This document shows, piece after piece, positions 1-9,501 of a stretch of 51,901 nt of DNA (its first letter is position 1; each line of letters begins with the position of its first letter). The notes beneath the pieces are model-generated. The model was not told the origin of the DNA and ran no database searches. It was given only the letters and a program-made list of their open reading frames with translations. This DNA is from an uncultured virus (IMG/VR IMGVR_UViG_3300006103_001171). Its lineage: Duplodnaviria; Heunggongvirae; Uroviricota; Caudoviricetes. The position numbers were made by a program, and so were the translations under genes. The stretch lies in the IMG/VR virus record IMGVR_UViG_3300006103_001171. One strand, 5' to 3'.

Positions 1-36
1 TTTTTAACATCGGATATTGATAATTTTATTACAAAA

Positions 37-531
37 ATGGCATATTTACTTGAAAATATAATGGAGGATAACGACCAAATTAGTTATGTTGAAAGCATGT
101 ATGATGAGGTAAATGAAGGTGGTTATGATTTTACCGTTGGTAATGAAGTAAATGAAAGAGTTAAAAGTGAGATTCAAGATGCCATATATGAATTTACATC
201 TCAAGATGATGAAGATGAAACAGATTATGCGAATAATTTAGATTCATCAAAAATTCATAAACTTAAAGGTGAGGTTATTAAATTATTAAATGATACACTT
301 CGTAATCTAGGTCAATCAGAAACTGCGTCAACAATTGAAAATGACATTGTAAGAATTGATATTGATAGACAAAGATTCCATTTAGATGGTAAAGTATTTG
401 TTAGTATAACTGACAAACAAAATAATAAAAAACATGATGGTTATGTTTATATAAAAGACTTACCAACTTACTTTAAAAATTATAAATTGTTTGAAACAAT
501 ACAAAGAATAAAATCAATAATTAAGTATTAA
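37..531 (+). CDS. hypothetical phage protein (acidic N-terminal part)
   Basis: 164-aa ORF, no recognisable motif. Confidence 0.6.
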   Translation: MAYLLENIMEDNDQISYVESMYDEVNEGGYDFTVGNEVNERVKSEIQDAIYEFTSQDDEDETDYANNLDSSKIHKLKGEVIKLLNDTLRNLGQSETASTIENDIVRIDIDRQRFHLDGKVFVSITDKQNNKKHDGYVYIKDLPTYFKNYKLFETIQRIKSIIKY

Positions 532-586
532 AACTAGTTCTTAAAGTCACTAAAAAAAAAATTTTTTAAAAATAATTCAAAAAAAA

Positions 587-628
587 CTTGACAATTCAAA
601 AACTTTTCGTATATTTGCATATATTTAT
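587..628 (+). promoter_or_regulatory. tandem promoters for tRNA array 1: Bacteroidota sigmaA-type (-33 CTTG, -7 TATATTTG 610-617) plus phage-type ATATTTAT (621-628)
   Basis: match to known Bacteroidota TTTG/TAnnTTTG consensus; ATATTTAT recurs upstream of many genes here. Confidence 0.75.
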
Positions 629-653
629 TAACAACAAGTAACAATTAAAAGAT

Positions 654-752
654 ATGAAAAAGGCATATACATATTATCAACCGAAAACGCAAGGGGGCAA
701 AACTCCTAATAGGCTGGGTGTATCTTTTTCTGATGAAGATGATTGTAAGTAA
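654..752 (+). CDS. leader peptide MKKAYTYYQPKTQGGKTPNRLGVSFSDEDDCK (putative attenuator of tRNA array 1)
   Basis: translated by hand; A-rich start context; followed by terminator; 12 of codons 5-18 are Tyr/Thr/Gln/Pro/Gly. Confidence 0.8.
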   Translation: MKKAYTYYQPKTQGGKTPNRLGVSFSDEDDCK

Positions 753-772
753 ACAATTAGTAAGATATAAGT

Positions 773-809
773 AAACCCCAGTCTGATGAAAATTCAAACT
801 GGGGTTTTT
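773..809 (+). terminator. intrinsic terminator / attenuator hairpin before tRNA array 1
   Basis: AAACCCCAGT...ACTGGGGTTT stem then T-tract; 711-718 AGGCTGGG can pair with its 5' arm. Confidence 0.85.
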
Positions 810-815
810 AATTTT

Positions 816-890
816 CGGGAAGTTCCACAGATGGCTATATGGGCTTGTTTTGGAGACAAGTGTTCGCTCGTTCGAATCGAGTTTTCCCGA
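816..890 (+). tRNA. tRNA-Pro(TGG)
   Basis: cloverleaf; anticodon arm CTTGT-TTTGGAG-ACAAG; TTCGAAT T-loop; no encoded CCA. Confidence 0.85.
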
Positions 891-939
891 CACAGATTGG
901 TTGGTACCGTAGACAGCAAAAATAAGGAACGGTATAAAA

Positions 940-1027
940 CTAAGTGTGTAGTCAATCGAAGACGACTCCCTTTGGAGCGGAGAATAGCTGTAAAAGGCTT
1001 ATGCAGGTTCGAGCCCTGTCACTTAGA
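940..1027 (+). tRNA. atypical tRNA-Pro(TGG) with long variable arm
   Basis: acceptor CTAAGTG/CACTTAG; loop TTTGGAG; about 20-nt variable arm; T-arm GCAGG-TTCGAGC-CCTGT. Confidence 0.65.
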
Positions 1028-1034
1028 CTAAAAT

Positions 1035-1106
1035 TGGGTTGTGGTGTAATGGTAACTACGTGTGGTTTTGGTCCACAAGTTTGGGGTTCGAGTCCCTACA
1101 ACCCAA
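1035..1106 (+). tRNA. tRNA-Gln(TTG)
   Basis: acceptor TGGGTTG/CAACCCA; TGTGG-TTTTGGT-CCACA. Confidence 0.9.
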
Positions 1107-1191
1107 CAAAGTAAAGAAGTAATTGGGTTAGCTGTTTTCCGTGGCTGGTCTGATGAAGGTTAAGTCCTTATGATTAAATAACGGATAAATT

Positions 1192-1263
1192 GGGATAGCC
1201 AGCAGGGTTCTGAAGACAGTCTGTAAAACTGAACTTCGTGTGTTTCGAGTACACCCTATCCCA
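1192..1263 (+). tRNA. atypical tRNA-Tyr(GTA), short variable loop
   Basis: acceptor GGGATAG/CTATCCC; loop CTGTAAA; irregular D- and T-arms. Confidence 0.55.
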
Positions 1264-1268
1264 CATTT

Positions 1269-1350
1269 GGGTCAGTCGCATAGAGGCAATTGCCGCGGAC
1301 TGTAAATCCGCTCTCTTCGGAGTTCACAGGTTCGAGTCCTGTTTGGCCCA
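1269..1350 (+). tRNA. tRNA-Tyr(GTA)
   Basis: GCGGA-CTGTAAA-TCCGC; long variable arm typical of bacterial Tyr. Confidence 0.9.
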
Positions 1351-1358
1351 CAAAAAAT

Positions 1359-1429
1359 GCCTCCAAAGCATATATGGTGATGTACCTGACTTGTAATCAG
1401 GGAAGTTGATTCGAGTTCAACTGGAGGCT
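1359..1429 (+). tRNA. tRNA-Thr(TGT)
   Basis: acceptor GCCTCCA/TGGAGGC; CCTGA-CTTGTAA-TCAGG. Confidence 0.9.
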
Positions 1430-1450
1430 CAAGAGTCTTATATAAAAAAT

Positions 1451-1522
1451 GCGGATATAGCACAGTGGTTAGTGTTGGGGTCTTCCAAACCTCAGACGTC
1501 AGTTCGAATCTGACTATCCGCT
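1451..1522 (+). tRNA. tRNA-Gly(TCC)
   Basis: acceptor GCGGATA/TATCCGC; loop CTTCCAA; U73. Confidence 0.9.
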
Positions 1523-1681
1523 CATTGGCTAATTTATTTTATAAAATAAATTTGTTTTGATTATGGAAAAAAATTGACTTTTATTGTATTTATATGTATA
1601 TTTGTGACGTAAAAAAGTTTTATAAATAGTGCTTTTGAAATATCTAAGCCACACATAACAAATAAAAATTAATTAATTAAA

Positions 1682-1954
1682 ATGGATTTAAAGTCTGGTA
1701 TCAGAAATCCCGAACAGTTACGGGTTGCAATTGAGATTGCTAAGTTAAATAATGAATTTTATTCTGATGCTGTATGGGCAATCCATAAGTATAAGTGGTA
1801 TAATTGGTATCAGAATCTGCACATTAAAGAAAATAGTCTAGAGGATATTGAGAATACTAAAATCTTTAATCAATTAGAAACTGAATATCCGAGTATTCAT
1901 GTGGATATTGAAAAAAATATTGATTATGAGATTATTAAAGCTAGTGCAAATTAA
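1682..1954 (+). CDS. hypothetical protein
   Basis: 90-aa ORF followed by hairpin AAAAGACGT..ACGTCTTTT. Confidence 0.55.
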   Translation: MDLKSGIRNPEQLRVAIEIAKLNNEFYSDAVWAIHKYKWYNWYQNLHIKENSLEDIENTKIFNQLETEYPSIHVDIEKNIDYEIIKASAN

Positions 1955-2057
1955 TTTAAGATTTAAAAAGACGTAGAAATACGTCTTTTTTTATTTAGTT
2001 GAGATTCAAAAAAAAAAAATATTTGTAAGTTTAAATTTAATTTTGTATATTTGCACT

Positions 2058-2306
2058 ATGACAAACACAATACTACTTGATTTAAATACTGAGAGAGACC
2101 CAATGATTCTATTCAGTAAACCTATGGAGCAGGACCCCCCAACTAATAGGGAAGAGATGCATAAGATGATAATTGAAGACATTGCATTTTTATCTGAAGC
2201 ATTAACGGTTATGATTAAACGTGCTGATGAAAATGGTTATTCCAATAAAGAAGCTCTTATTGAAGCTTCAATAAAAACACTTAATAGTCTTTTAATAGAA
2301 AATTAA
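2058..2306 (+). CDS. hypothetical protein
   Basis: ATG directly after TATATTTG promoter. Confidence 0.65.
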   Translation: MTNTILLDLNTERDPMILFSKPMEQDPPTNREEMHKMIIEDIAFLSEALTVMIKRADENGYSNKEALIEASIKTLNSLLIEN

Positions 2307-2352
2307 TAATAAAGTTGTAACGATAGAAATTAATTCGTATATTTGCATCGTA

Positions 2353-2661
2353 ATGAGAAAAAGACCTTCAGATACAAATTCAGAAAAACCGAAAGCACCA
2401 GTTAAAAAACAAGAAAGTGCTCTTGGTAAGTTACCACCAAAAAAGATGGTCATAACTAAGAATGGTATTGAAGAGGTTGATATTAAATTGGATACAACTA
2501 GAAAATCTGACAATAAAAAATACGTAAAGGTTTTAGCTACTGAGACAAGCTTAGTATTCAAGGAAATCGGTGATAGGGTAGCTAAAAAAGAATTAAAGTG
2601 GTCGTATTATACGACTGAAAACAATATTGGTGTACATTATTATCAAATATTAAACGATTAA
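2353..2661 (+). CDS. hypothetical protein
   Basis: ORF after own promoter, coupled to next gene. Confidence 0.65.
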   Translation: MRKRPSDTNSEKPKAPVKKQESALGKLPPKKMVITKNGIEEVDIKLDTTRKSDNKKYVKVLATETSLVFKEIGDRVAKKELKWSYYTTENNIGVHYYQILND

Positions 2662-2662
2662 A

Positions 2663-3058
2663 ATGAGTTTAAAGATTAAAATATCTGAAGATTTAAAAAC
2701 AGCGATGAAAGAAAAGAATACAATCAAATTAGGTATTCTTAGAGTTCTTAAGGCTGAGATTGAAAGAAATGAACAATCCGCTAATGGTAAAATTGAATTA
2801 CCAGATGGTGACGTTATTAAAATAGTTAAGAAACTAATTGAGGGTATAAAAGAAACTACTAAAGACCAAGTTGAAATTGATGCTTTAGATTTGTATTTAC
2901 CTAAACAAATGAATGAGGATGAAATAAAGGCCATTATTGCTCTTGTTAAACAATCTGGCATTTCACAGATGGGTGAATTCATGAAGTACTTCAAGGTGTA
3001 TCATGATGGTGAATATGATGGTAAATTATTAAGTAACCTTGTAAAAGAATCATTATAA
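2663..3058 (+). CDS. GatB/YqeY domain protein
   Basis: MSLKxKIxEDLKxAMK...LRVLKAEI...YLPKQM...MG signature. Confidence 0.9.
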   Translation: MSLKIKISEDLKTAMKEKNTIKLGILRVLKAEIERNEQSANGKIELPDGDVIKIVKKLIEGIKETTKDQVEIDALDLYLPKQMNEDEIKAIIALVKQSGISQMGEFMKYFKVYHDGEYDGKLLSNLVKESL

Positions 3059-3459
3059 TGGCATCATTATTACTTATCGAGATTTTCACAATTATATTTA
3101 TTCATTGGGTATCCGATTTTGTGTTACAAACAGATTGGGAAGCTAAGAATAAAAGCAAAGATGACTTAGCTTTACTGTCACATACATCAAAGTATTCGAT
3201 GTGCTGGTTTATTCCAATTTTTATTTTATTTACGAAATTTGGACATAATGGTGATGTCTATTATAGGGTTAATATATCGTTCTTTTTTTGTGTTATCACA
3301 CTTGTATCCCATACCATAACGGATTACTTTACATCGAGACTTAATTCTAAATTATGGGCTAAGGGTCATGTACATAACTTCTTTGTTAGTGTTGGTTGGG
3401 ACCAAATTTGTCATTACGTACAACTATTTTTAACATATTACTTATTAAAAACAATTTAA
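3058..3459 (+). CDS. DUF3307-like membrane protein
   Basis: HxxxDFxLQT, HxxxD and DQxxH motifs. Confidence 0.8.
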   Translation: MASLLLIEIFTIIFIHWVSDFVLQTDWEAKNKSKDDLALLSHTSKYSMCWFIPIFILFTKFGHNGDVYYRVNISFFFCVITLVSHTITDYFTSRLNSKLWAKGHVHNFFVSVGWDQICHYVQLFLTYYLLKTI

Positions 3460-4010
3460 TGGCAAATTCGCAAATTCACGAAACATTGGATGCAATGTTG
3501 GAAAATCCTAAAACTAAGAATTTTTTAGGTCACTTAGTTAAGAATTACTTTCCAACTTCTAACGTTCAGAAAGTCTTGAATCGTCCAACAGGACCATTCA
3601 AGTGTGTTTTAACCAAAGAGAATTTATTCTCAGTTCAAGACATCCTTGAAGGTATTCAAACTGAGGAATACAAAAAGGACTTTAATGAGTACTTAACTCG
3701 TTTCTTGGATACTAACTTTAGTGGTGAAACACCAATGGGTAAACTAATTGGTGATAAGAAAATGGGGTTCACTGGTAAAGAAACCACAACTTATATGTCT
3801 TTCACAGCATTACAAGAGTTTTATAACTGGGTTATAACTAAGTCTTTTGCTGGTGATAAACACATCAATTGGCTTTTAGGTGGTGTTAGAGATAATTTTT
3901 ATAGCAAACCTAAACAAGTCGTTGAGAAAAAAAGCAACGTATCAACGTATACACTTGGTGAAGTTGATGCATTTAAGAAATTAAAAGCCAAGTTCGAGAA
4001 TGAAAATTAA
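3459..4010 (+). CDS. hypothetical protein
   Basis: start MANSQ overlaps upstream stop. Confidence 0.7.
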   Translation: MANSQIHETLDAMLENPKTKNFLGHLVKNYFPTSNVQKVLNRPTGPFKCVLTKENLFSVQDILEGIQTEEYKKDFNEYLTRFLDTNFSGETPMGKLIGDKKMGFTGKETTTYMSFTALQEFYNWVITKSFAGDKHINWLLGGVRDNFYSKPKQVVEKKSNVSTYTLGEVDAFKKLKAKFENEN

Positions 4011-4611
4011 TATTGACGTTTCAGATGGTAAAAATGTATTTTTTATCAGTGATTTACACTTAGGTCATCGAAATGTTATTAAGTATGATAATCGACCATT
4101 TGTTACGGCAAATGGTGAACCAGACTTAGATTTAATGCATGAAACAATTATAAGAAATTGGAATTCTGTGGTTGGTGAATATGATGTTGTTTTTAATCTT
4201 GGTGATTTATGTTTCGGTAGTACTCAGTTAGCTAAAGAAGTTGTCTTTAAGTTAAATGGTAGAATCCATTATATAATAGGTAATCATGATAACTACAAGG
4301 ATATACTTAATTTAAATCGTTTTGATACTGTTAGTGATTTAATTGATTTAAACATATCTGGTGGTAAAGTATCTAAAAATTTACACATGGTACTGTGTCA
4401 TTATCCAATATACTCTTGGAATCGAGCACACCATAATAGTTATCATCTTCACGGCCATTGCCATGGTAATTTGCATCATGGTGAAAATGCTGATTATTAC
4501 ATCGGCAGAAGGGTTATAGATGTTGGTTGTAATCTTATAAATTATACACCAATATCATATATTGATGCTATAACAAAAATAGAAGAAAATTGGGTTAAAA
4601 AATCTAACTAA
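4000..4611 (+). CDS. calcineurin-like metallophosphoesterase
   Basis: SDLHLGH, LGD, GNHD, HYP, HGHCH motifs. Confidence 0.9.
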   Translation: MKINIDVSDGKNVFFISDLHLGHRNVIKYDNRPFVTANGEPDLDLMHETIIRNWNSVVGEYDVVFNLGDLCFGSTQLAKEVVFKLNGRIHYIIGNHDNYKDILNLNRFDTVSDLIDLNISGGKVSKNLHMVLCHYPIYSWNRAHHNSYHLHGHCHGNLHHGENADYYIGRRVIDVGCNLINYTPISYIDAITKIEENWVKKSN

Positions 4612-4633
4612 TCATATTAATAATATATAAAAA

Positions 4634-5941
4634 ATGGGAAGAAGTAAACAATTAGAAAAAATAATTAGAGAAATGGGAAAAAACACAAAAGCTGCTAGGG
4701 TTTCTAATGAAATCGAAGATTACATTGGTTATGATGAATTAGTACCCGTAATTTCGGATGATGAAATTGAGGAAGATTCTGAGTATCCAACAAATGGTGA
4801 GAGTTTTTCAATAACTTTCATTGAATTTGCGATATTTAATGAATATTTTTATGAGATTTATCGTAAAAAATCTGACGCTATAACTGTTAAAAGTTATGGT
4901 CACACAGATAGTGTTGGTAGGGTTAGCTTCGGCGCACCGTTCAATGTGACCAATAGTTGGTGGTTCAATGCAAATTTAGCTGATGATACAAATGATTATA
5001 TCTTCCAAACAAAGATGTTTTTGGATGGTAACCGTACAATCATCACAGAACTTCATGTAAGCCCTAAAAACGGCCTAAGTATGAAGAAATTAACCGAGGT
5101 TTATAAGAAAGTTAAAGGACTTGCTTTTAACAACTCTAAGTTCAAGGGTAAGTGTATTGAGGTTAAATTGTATGATGGTAACTTCAAGGGTATTGATATT
5201 ATCGATATGAGTAAGTACTCAACTAATCTTATACTTAGTGAGACACAAAGAAAATTCATTGACCACTTTATCAGTAGGGTTGCCAGAGGTGGTAACGCAA
5301 GATACTTGTTGAATGGTGAACCAGGTACGGGTAAAACTGAAAGCATTCGTGAAGTGGTTCAAAAGTTGATTCCAGATGTAACGTTTATCATACCTAAATT
5401 TAGTCAAGCTGAGGACCTTACAGTTATTCTTGAGGCTTGTGAAATATTCGATAAGGGTGTTATCATAATGGATGATATTGACTTGTACTTGGGTTCAAGA
5501 GACAGAGGTAGTTATACAAGCCTTTTAGGTCAATTTTTATCATTCTTTGATGGTGTTAAAAAGAGAAAAATCAGTCTTTTGGCATCAACTAATGATAAGG
5601 GTCTTGTGGATAAAGCTGCTGAAAGACCAGGTCGTTTCAACATGACCTTAGATTATACATTCCTTACGAGAGAACAAATTGAGGGTGTTTGTAAGATACA
5701 TCTTCCAGCTGAGTATTGCATTGAAGAAATCTATGATGTTTTAACAAGCAACATTGATGGTAAATCCGCTAAAATAACTGGTGCGTTTATTGCAAACCTT
5801 GCTGACAACATAAAGGAAATGTCTGAGGACAGTGATGATTGGAAGTTAGATGATACAATCTCTTTGATTAAAGAATCTTACAAGGGCTTCTACATGAGTC
5901 AAACCAATAAGAACGCTTCAATAGGGTTCAAAGTTAATTAA
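4634..5941 (+). CDS. AAA+ ATPase
   Basis: Walker A GEPGTGKT, Walker B IIMDDID, STN...RPGRF. Confidence 0.9.
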   Translation: MGRSKQLEKIIREMGKNTKAARVSNEIEDYIGYDELVPVISDDEIEEDSEYPTNGESFSITFIEFAIFNEYFYEIYRKKSDAITVKSYGHTDSVGRVSFGAPFNVTNSWWFNANLADDTNDYIFQTKMFLDGNRTIITELHVSPKNGLSMKKLTEVYKKVKGLAFNNSKFKGKCIEVKLYDGNFKGIDIIDMSKYSTNLILSETQRKFIDHFISRVARGGNARYLLNGEPGTGKTESIREVVQKLIPDVTFIIPKFSQAEDLTVILEACEIFDKGVIIMDDIDLYLGSRDRGSYTSLLGQFLSFFDGVKKRKISLLASTNDKGLVDKAAERPGRFNMTLDYTFLTREQIEGVCKIHLPAEYCIEEIYDVLTSNIDGKSAKITGAFIANLADNIKEMSEDSDDWKLDDTISLIKESYKGFYMSQTNKNASIGFKVN

Positions 5942-6009
5942 ATAAATAAATAAATAAAAAATATCGAGGAAACAATTGCTTTCTTCGATATTTTTTTGTA
6001 TATTTGCGT

Positions 6010-6411
6010 ATGCCAATTTATAATAAACCAGCCCCAGCTAGACTTAAACGACTTGAAGAATCTGATTATATTACAATAAAAGGTGAGCAAAAAGACATAA
6101 CTGTTGTAACTAAGCAAGAAACTAGGTCTGTAATTAAGGAGTTAATCGAAAAGGAATGCGGCCCTGCTCTAATCAAGGCTACAAGTAATGTATTATCAAC
6201 ATTTGATACAATGATTGGTAATAATATAAAGCCTGAACTGAATGAGAAATTTGCCGTAATGCAACGAGATGTTGTTGCTTATATTGATTTTAAGATTGAT
6301 TTATTATCACAAAAGATATGTGATATGTTAACAACTAGGAAGTTTAATGAGGAAGTGGATAAAAAGGTGAAGGAAAAATTAGAAAAATTAAAAATGAGTG
6401 GTAGATTTTAA
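6010..6411 (+). CDS. hypothetical protein
   Basis: ORF after TATATTTG promoter. Confidence 0.6.
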   Translation: MPIYNKPAPARLKRLEESDYITIKGEQKDITVVTKQETRSVIKELIEKECGPALIKATSNVLSTFDTMIGNNIKPELNEKFAVMQRDVVAYIDFKIDLLSQKICDMLTTRKFNEEVDKKVKEKLEKLKMSGRF

Positions 6412-6477
6412 ATTATAAAAAATATAGCTGTTTACAGGTCCTACTGAAGTTATTAAAGAAATACTAAAAAAAGAAAT

Positions 6478-6837
6478 ATGAGTGTTATAAAATTTGAGTT
6501 AAATGATAACCATGTTAAGTTGCTTAGACAACTTAAATGGTCTACTTCTACTGACAATAAGACTATTGTTAGTGTTGAGGATATTAATGAACCGTTGTTG
6601 TTCAACGAGAATAACGTTTACGAAGCGGTTGATTTGATATTGAATGGTGCACCAGCTAATTTGGACCCAATGAATACTTTTGATGCGCCAGTATATACCC
6701 CAGAGCAAATAGCTGAATGGGATAAGTTATTATCTGAATTACCTATGGCTTTGGATATTATTCTTTATAATGGTAATTTCAATTTGGGTATTTACAAAAC
6801 TAAATTCCACATAAGAGATTGGAAACTAATAAATTAA
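6478..6837 (+). CDS. hypothetical protein
   Basis: 119-aa ORF. Confidence 0.65.
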   Translation: MSVIKFELNDNHVKLLRQLKWSTSTDNKTIVSVEDINEPLLFNENNVYEAVDLILNGAPANLDPMNTFDAPVYTPEQIAEWDKLLSELPMALDIILYNGNFNLGIYKTKFHIRDWKLIN

Positions 6838-6844
6838 TAAAAAA

Positions 6845-8452
6845 ATGAAATTTAAAGATTTAACGGAAGAGAATAAAAAGTTACTAAAAGACTCTTACTT
6901 CAATAGAGCAAAATTGGGCTTAACTGTTGAAAAATTAGCCTCTAATTTGGGTAGTCAACTAAGTGTATCAGAAAGAACAATACGTAAGTGGTTTTCTGAA
7001 AAACTTGATTTAAAAGAAAAAGTTGATATTGAATCTGAGCAATATGAGTTAGCTAAAAAGAAAAAAGCTGATAAAACAAAAAAACGTTTTATTATAACAT
7101 GGGCCCAAAACAACACGCCAATTCATACTAAGTTTCTTAATAATGTTAAAGCTTATGCTAACCACATCGATGCTGACATTCATGTGATTGCTGGTAGGTA
7201 TAAAAACCCCACATCTGTATTTTCAGATAAGAATGAAGATGTTTGGGCTGATGAGGTTTTACCATACTTAGATGCTAACAGACATGATATTCACAAGTAC
7301 TTATCAATTATGTCTGACATAAAGATTCAACCAACCGCTACCAATCCAATGACTGGATTACAAGGTATGTCTGGAATCAATTCTTGTGTGTTTGGTAGTC
7401 CTAAAGTGCAAATGGAAATGATACCTGTATTAGAGGGTAAGAAACCTAAAATGATGCTTACCACTGGTTCTTGTACGCTTATGAACTATACCGATTCCAA
7501 ATCTGGTAAAAAAGGTGAATTTCATCATACAATTGGTTTTGTGGTTGTTGAGATTAAAGATAATGATAATGATACATTCTTTATCAGACAAGTAACCGCA
7601 CATGATAAAACTGGTTCATTTACTGATTTATTTTATAGGGTTGATAATTGTGAAATTAGTAAAGTTGAATCAATATCAGCTGCTGTTTTAGGTGATTTAC
7701 ACTACGGCCACCATGACCAACAAGTCTTAGATAAAACATTTGAAATGCTAAGCGTTTTAAAACCTAAGCATGTTATTCTACACGATGTCTTCGATGGTGA
7801 TTCTATAAGTCATCACCAAATGAAAGACCCATTCATTCAATTTGGTAAAGAAGTAAATGGAACTAATTCTCTTGAAAAAGAAATTAATTCAATGATTGAA
7901 GGGTTAAAGCCTTTTGAAAAGTATGAGAATGTGGTTATTGTTAGAAGCAATCACGATGACTTCCTTGACCGATGGTTAAAGAATGAAGATTGGAAAAAAC
8001 AACCAACAAGCAAAAATTCCATATTGTATATGGAATATAGTGCGATGCTTTTAAGACAATACTCTAAAGACCCTAATAATGTTAAGGGTGTAATCCCAGA
8101 GATTATTAATAAGTCTTACCCTAAATTTAAAACCCTTGGTCGCCGTGAATCATATACGGTTAACAATTGGGAGTTGGGTCAACACGGCGATGTTGGTGCT
8201 AGTGGTTCCAGAGGTTCTTTGCTTCAATTTAGGAAATTAAATACTAAAATTGTTGTTGGTCACTATCATTCCCCAGGTCGTAAAGACGGTGCCTTAGCGG
8301 TTGGTACCTCAACAAATCTAAGGGTTGGATATAATTTAGGACCTAGCTCTTGGTTACAATCACACGTATTAATCCATGAAGATGGAAAAGCACAGCATAT
8401 TAATTTTATTCAAGATAAGGACGGTAATATTGGTTTCACAACTCTAGTTTAG
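6845..8452 (+). CDS. N-terminal HTH plus C-terminal metallophosphoesterase-fold protein
   Basis: VSERTIRKW helix-turn-helix; GDLH, HDVFD, SNHD, HGD, GHYHS motifs. Confidence 0.75.
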   Translation: MKFKDLTEENKKLLKDSYFNRAKLGLTVEKLASNLGSQLSVSERTIRKWFSEKLDLKEKVDIESEQYELAKKKKADKTKKRFIITWAQNNTPIHTKFLNNVKAYANHIDADIHVIAGRYKNPTSVFSDKNEDVWADEVLPYLDANRHDIHKYLSIMSDIKIQPTATNPMTGLQGMSGINSCVFGSPKVQMEMIPVLEGKKPKMMLTTGSCTLMNYTDSKSGKKGEFHHTIGFVVVEIKDNDNDTFFIRQVTAHDKTGSFTDLFYRVDNCEISKVESISAAVLGDLHYGHHDQQVLDKTFEMLSVLKPKHVILHDVFDGDSISHHQMKDPFIQFGKEVNGTNSLEKEINSMIEGLKPFEKYENVVIVRSNHDDFLDRWLKNEDWKKQPTSKNSILYMEYSAMLLRQYSKDPNNVKGVIPEIINKSYPKFKTLGRRESYTVNNWELGQHGDVGASGSRGSLLQFRKLNTKIVVGHYHSPGRKDGALAVGTSTNLRVGYNLGPSSWLQSHVLIHEDGKAQHINFIQDKDGNIGFTTLV

Positions 8453-8491
8453 ATAAAACACTATTAATATTATCGTTATATTTTATTACAA

Positions 8492-8713
8492 TTACCACCA
8501 TTAAAGAACTTTATATTACCAAGAGGCGATGAAAAGGTTACTTTGATACATGTTTGTAGGACAATTTCACGCAGAGCAGAAATTGCTTGTATAGAAGCTG
8601 AAGCAAACCCAATAATTACAAAGTACCTTAACAGGTTAAGTGATTACTTTTTCGTATTATCAAGGTTTTATTTACATGAGGGTAATATGGATGAAAAAAT
8701 TTGGAAAAATTAA
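8492..8713 (+). pseudogene. C-terminal remnant of PduO-type cob(I)alamin adenosyltransferase
   Basis: hand translation LPPLKNFILPRG...HVCRTISRRAE...YLNRLSDYFFVLSR...EKIWKN*; upstream in-frame stop, no start. Confidence 0.85.
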
Positions 8714-8717
8714 AATT

Positions 8718-9059
8718 ATGAGTGAAGAATTAATAAGTTACGGAGAGTTTTTAGAAATAGCCAAAAAACTTGATATTAAATACGGTCAGGTAGTATCTGC
8801 TGAACGTATTGCAAAAAGTGATAAATTATTAAAATTGGTTGTTATTTTTGGTTCGGAAGAAGCTGACAAAAAAGTTGTTGTTACTAATTTAGGTGAAAAT
8901 TTTGAACCTTCAGCATTTGAAGGTTTAGTTTTACCATTTGTGATGAACTTAGTACCGTCTAAGATGATGGGTGTTACCAGTGAGGCTATGATTATGGTAC
9001 CTAAAATTGGTGATGTTATCGAATTAAATAACTATTCATTAGGTTCAAAATTGTTATAA
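8718..9059 (+). CDS. tRNA-binding OB-fold protein (CsaA/Trbp111/MetRS C-terminal-like)
   Basis: LDIKYGQVVSAE...SDKLLKL...NLVPSKMMGVTSEAM. Confidence 0.85.
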   Translation: MSEELISYGEFLEIAKKLDIKYGQVVSAERIAKSDKLLKLVVIFGSEEADKKVVVTNLGENFEPSAFEGLVLPFVMNLVPSKMMGVTSEAMIMVPKIGDVIELNNYSLGSKLL

Positions 9060-9060
9060 A

Positions 9061-9501
9061 ATGAGAAAAACCGCTGGTATATTTTTGGTAAAGAATGATG
9101 GTACTATTTTAGTTGGTCACCCTACAAACCATAAAAATGATTTCTTTAGCATCCCTAAAGGTGGTGTTGACGAAGGTGAAAGATTATTAGATGCTGCAAT
9201 AAGAGAAACTTATGAAGAATCTAATATTGATGTTTCTGATTATACATTTATTTGGACTTTAAATCCAAGAATGCATAAGAATAATAAAAAGATTTTCTAC
9301 CCTTATGTTTTACTTGAGAAGGAAAATCAATACGTTTTTGATGAGTTTGAAATTAAATGTAATTCAAATGTTACTATCGATGACTTTGAAATTCCAGAGA
9401 TGGATTCGTTTAAGTGGTTAACATTCGATGAGGCTAGGACTCATTTAAATCAAACACAAGTTGATTGTATTGATGAGGTTGAAAAATTATTTAACGCATA
9501 A
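9061..9501 (+). CDS. Nudix hydrolase
   Basis: PKGGVDEGE...[11 protein letters not shown]udix box. Confidence 0.9.
   Translation: MRKTAGIFLVKNDGTILVGHPTNHKNDFFSIPKGGVDEGERLLDAAIRETYEESNIDVSDYTFIWTLNPRMHKNNKKIFYPYVLLEKENQYVFDEFEIKCNSNVTIDDFEIPEMDSFKWLTFDEARTHLNQTQVDCIDEVEKLFNA

Noticed and set aside
783..1175. CTGATGA motifs (783, 1150) suggesting hammerhead ribozymes
   Set aside because: No correctly placed stem II/GAAA core; the first lies within the terminator hairpin
645..1463. ORF-track entries 645..893, 786..1031 and 1272..1463
   Set aside because: Shadow ORFs over the attenuator and tRNA genes
8640..8717. N-terminal extension of the tRNA-binding protein
   Set aside because: Overlaps the PduO remnant in another frame; true start likely 8718
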